Shown in pieces: positions 60,457 to 64,000 of a DNA stretch of 64,000 nt. The notes beneath the pieces were generated by a model. That model did no database searches and had not been told where the DNA came from. It was given only the letters and a program-made list of their open reading frames with translations. The stretch is from positions 6,604,817 through 6,668,816 of the forward strand of contig NW_003314261.1 of the NCBI RefSeq assembly GCF_000143415.4, given 5' to 3'. The stretch's first letter is position 1. Each line of letters starts with the position of its first letter. Both the position numbers and the translations under genes were made by a program. This DNA is from Selaginella moellendorffii. Lineage: Eukaryota; Plantae; Lycopodiophyta.

Positions 60457-63143
60457 GTGCTCAAGCAAAGAGAAGATATGAGAGAATTTTACTTGAAGTT
60501 TGATCAAGAGCCTCCAATTGTTTTTTCTAAGAATGTTATAGGAGAGAGCTTTCTCTACAGAAGATTCAAGTTGAAGCCAGGATCAATTAGTTTGGAGAAT
60601 GTATATTGGGATAAGGGTAATCAGATAAAAAAATCCATTTTTCTCGATAGTGGTGTGGGAGAGAATGGGATTCAGTGGGATTTTGATAGATGTATAGGTC
60701 AAGAGATTCTAGTTACAAGATCTCTAAAGCGAGCAAAGGAGAGCACATCAGTTTCACAGCCAACTGTGCAAGGGGTGAAGGATGAAGTTGTTATTCTCTC
60801 CAATGACAAAAGTGAAGAAGATGAACTTCCCAACATAGCTTCCCAGACAAGTAAGTGCATTCCTTCTAGACCAGTTTTTGAAGCGGTGGATAAGGCATTT
60901 CGGCAATCTCAATCATTACGGTTGGAATTAAAAGAGTTCCAGTACATGAGAGGTGAGGAGCTTCCATCTTCCTATAATAGGAATATATTTTTTGAATTTC
61001 CACCTACCAATTTGTCAAGCAGGAAGAGGGGCATAGAGATGTGTCTTGATCCACATAATTGGTGCAGAGTAAAGACAACCCACTTCTCCCATTTCGACGG
61101 ATCTATGTCCATAATCCATTATGGTGAACAGGTTAAGTGTGTCACTAAGAAATGCATTTCTAATCATGGCAAGAATATGTGTTTCTTTGAAGGCTCAGCA
61201 ATCAATCCCTCTAGGCGTGATGAGGTTGCTACAGGGTTTAGATGTCACAAATGTGGGGCAACACCTGTGTGTCAAGCATGTTGCGATGCAAAAATGTATT
61301 ATTTTCTTCCACAAGATGGATGTTTATGCAGAGCAGCAGTGCATGTTGGATACCACCAACATGCAATAGAGGAAGGAATCTGCCATGATTCTTTTGCAAT
61401 TTAAAGGCTGGGAAGAAAAGTGCCGCAACTCCAAAGTGTGTTCAATAGTCTGTACTAAAAGACTATGTGATGGACATGTTGTTACAAGCTAATAGTGAAA
61501 AAGAGTTCACAGAGAACAACTTGAAGGACTTGCTTCGAAATATAGAACTTATGACAAATTTAAACAGGTATAAGTTAATATTAACTCTACTTTGTCACTA
61601 GAAACACTTGTTTTTTTTTGGCAGAATAAAGAACTAGATGTGAGAAGGGTGAGATGGAAAACTTCAATCTGGATTGGATGCAATTTTAAAGTTAAAAAGA
61701 AAATATTCCTATGAATTTATTCATGGGAGTTTATTTGTTGGCCAAGTGACTTCGAACAGTCAACTCCCTTTCATCTTTAAAATGTCCACCCTTGGTCCTG
61801 CTTTTGGTGTGGACCTTGTACAACAAATGGATATGGATGGAGACGGGAATTTGGTTAATTCCTTGATCCATTTCGACCATATAGAATGAGTTTTAGACTG
61901 GTCAATAATGGGAGCTCATATTTATGATCACAAGTGGTTATTCATTTTTTAAGGATTCCATACCGATTTACATTATAACCATTCCTTCTATAGGTTGCAA
62001 TGCAGCTTGACTATAGCTATAGCCGAATTCAAGGTTCAAGATTTCCCAACATAAACCATCTTTTAAACATGTATGTTTGAGGTTGTTGAATAATGAACCG
62101 AGAAAAAACCCAACTTCCGTGGTTTCATGGCAGATGCTATTGATGCTAACTGGTTGGCTGTATGATAAGTATTTGGAAGTGATAAAAGTCAGCCATTACA
62201 AGGTAAAGAAAAGAGTTGTGAGTTTCATTAGGCAAAGAGCATCAATGAACATTGCCGATGCATCAAATATAGCTTCCATCACGAATTCAAGCAGCTTTGT
62301 CGGGAATGGATGGATGCACCAACTAAAGAGGAGCACGAAGCAAAAGCAAATGAGATGTGCATATGGTGGCATGAAGGAGACAAAATGTCAATTAAACACC
62401 TTCTACAAATAGAGTGTTGGCTTGCATGGTGAGAAGTTTGAATATTCAGTAGGGCCATTATATTCTCTATATAAGTTTTCTCTTATTTTCTTTTTTTGCC
62501 ACATTTAAATATTGCATTTTTCCTAGGATCAACCACTTGACAACATTGCACTTACACTAACAATTAATCTCTCTGAGTGCAAACATTGGAGTTGGAGAGC
62601 TTCCGAAGTAGGAAAAGGAAAAGTGTCCCTCTATGAAGCTACACTCTTTGACCTCACTAGATATCTTGAGCAGTCAAGAGCAGTCAAAAGCTTTGGCTGC
62701 ACAGGAAGCAAGGTTTGCTGGTACAGGTCCAAACTTAGATAAGCTTCGAGAGCAGGTTGGTAGAAGGACAACACCAGTAGCAAAGTCAATATCTAAGATG
62801 GTAGGGGAAGTTGTTATTGGAACTCCTATGGAATCAAGTTATGAACCACTTGGGCACATGAGGATAGCTTGTTTAAAGTGTCAATAGACATTTGATGGGC
62901 TTAACATCACTCCTTCTAGCTCTCACCGTCTAAAGTTTGATTACCATTCTGTTCTATGATACCGAAGAAAAACTAAGGAACATGGAGTGGAGGAAGTGCC
63001 AATTGTTACACAAGTAAATCTGATGTTAGAGGTTGAGAAGATTATTGCTCGTGAGCCAGTTTCTCGTATCAACTGGGCAATTCGAAGAGTCAGTGCTAAA
63101 AGTAATGTGTGTTGCTCCAGAATGATTGGGAGTCGAGGCTAGT
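60457..63143 (+). mobile_element. Decayed Mutator/MULE-like DDE transposase gene with Cys/His-rich (GCM/WRKY-like) N-terminal region, interrupted by an LTR at 63144
   Basis: CDAKMYY...RAAVHVGYHQH, FIFKMS, LIHFDHIE*VLDWSIMGAHIYDH, NFRGFMADAIDANWLAV, KSCEFH*AKS (CxxH) and TINLSECKHWSW. Contains introns and stops. Confidence 0.72.
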
Positions 63144-64000
63144 TGTAAGCCACAAATTTTTCCTTTCCAATTTGCCAGCTTACCTCGCCTATCCGACCAA
63201 CTCTGCCTTGGCTTGTGCTAAGTTCCCTCGCCAAGGTTCTCGCCTATGGTACCAGCTCCTACTTGGTTTCAGCTACTTACTGCACGAGCAACGGAGTGTT
63301 AGCCATCCATCTACGGATTCCCAAATCTCTCCCAATCCCCCTCCCCGGGTTAGACTGGACTTAAGGTTCAGCTACACTCCCCGCAGGCACAAGCAGCCAA
63401 GCACACCAAGCCTCCAGATTCCTAACACCCCTTGGTACCACAAGACTTGATCATGGGACCCTCTAAATCCCAAGCCTTGAGTGCAGCACTTGCTTCGGGA
63501 CGTCGGGGCGAAACACCGTGGCCTAACGGCCCGGTATGGGTACCTCTACCCCCCCCCTCTTCCATCCCGAAGGGAAGGCCCAAGCCCCCGGAAGGGCGAG
63601 GACCAATGTGCCACAAGGTACTCAAGTGGGGCACCACTCCACCTGAGCCGGGAGCACCGCAGTCGGTTTCCCTTTCGGGAGTGGGAGCTGCTCTTGAGCA
63701 CTTCCTTGGATGGCCCCTCCGGCACCAGCCAAGTCCATGCTCACTCCCACCCAAGGCCCCTCGGTCCCAGTCTCAACCTCAAGTCGGTTTGGAAGCCCAA
63801 CTGGAGAGTCCCTTCAAAACTGGTTCCTGGACCTCACTATCCCTACTATACTTTNNNNNNNNNNNNNNNNNNNNNNNNNNNNNNNNNNNNNNNNNNNNNN
63901 NNNNNNNNNNNNNNNNNNNNNNNNNNNNNNNNNNNNNNNNNNNNNNNNNNNNNNCCCCCCCCCCCCCCCCCCTGGGAGACGCACGCTTTGGGCTTTCACC
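63144..64000 (-). mobile_element. LTR of the same family as 39499-40561, running off the window end
   Basis: Starts TGTAAGCCACAAATTTTTCC and aligns with 39499 onward along its length. Confidence 0.92.
63855..63954. other. Assembly gap (100 N)
   Basis: Run of N next to a poly-C tract. Confidence 0.99.

Overview
Eukaryotic land-plant DNA. The very short (about 45-90 nt) GT-AG introns, compact genes and PLS-class PPRs suggest the lycophyte Selaginella (inference). Positions ~1-37.8 kb are gene-dense: a chimeric duplicated segment with a broken dual-specificity phosphatase, an agglutinin-aerolysin gene plus a rearranged pseudogene, a 7-exon 4-TM gene missed by the ORF track, a nucleotidyltransferase, a small secreted peptide, a Sfi1/CCDC191-like protein, seipin, a GDSL lipase, glutathione peroxidase, two PPRs, a MINDY deubiquitinase, a SEUSS-like gene, pTAC12/HEMERA and a 2H phosphoesterase. 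Positions ~37.8-64 kb are AT-rich and repeat-rich: an AT-rich secreted B-lectin ORF, a decayed LTR element with a nested solo LTR, microsatellites, a Crinkler/RHS-like NTPase-nuclease gene and a Copia remnant. The most notable feature is a decayed Mutator-like DNA transposon module. In it, a ParB-like plus beta-class amino-DNA-methyltransferase-like gene is transcribed divergently from the transposase, and a tandem array of long palindromes lies between them. Exon models and family calls were made by eye, with no database searches.
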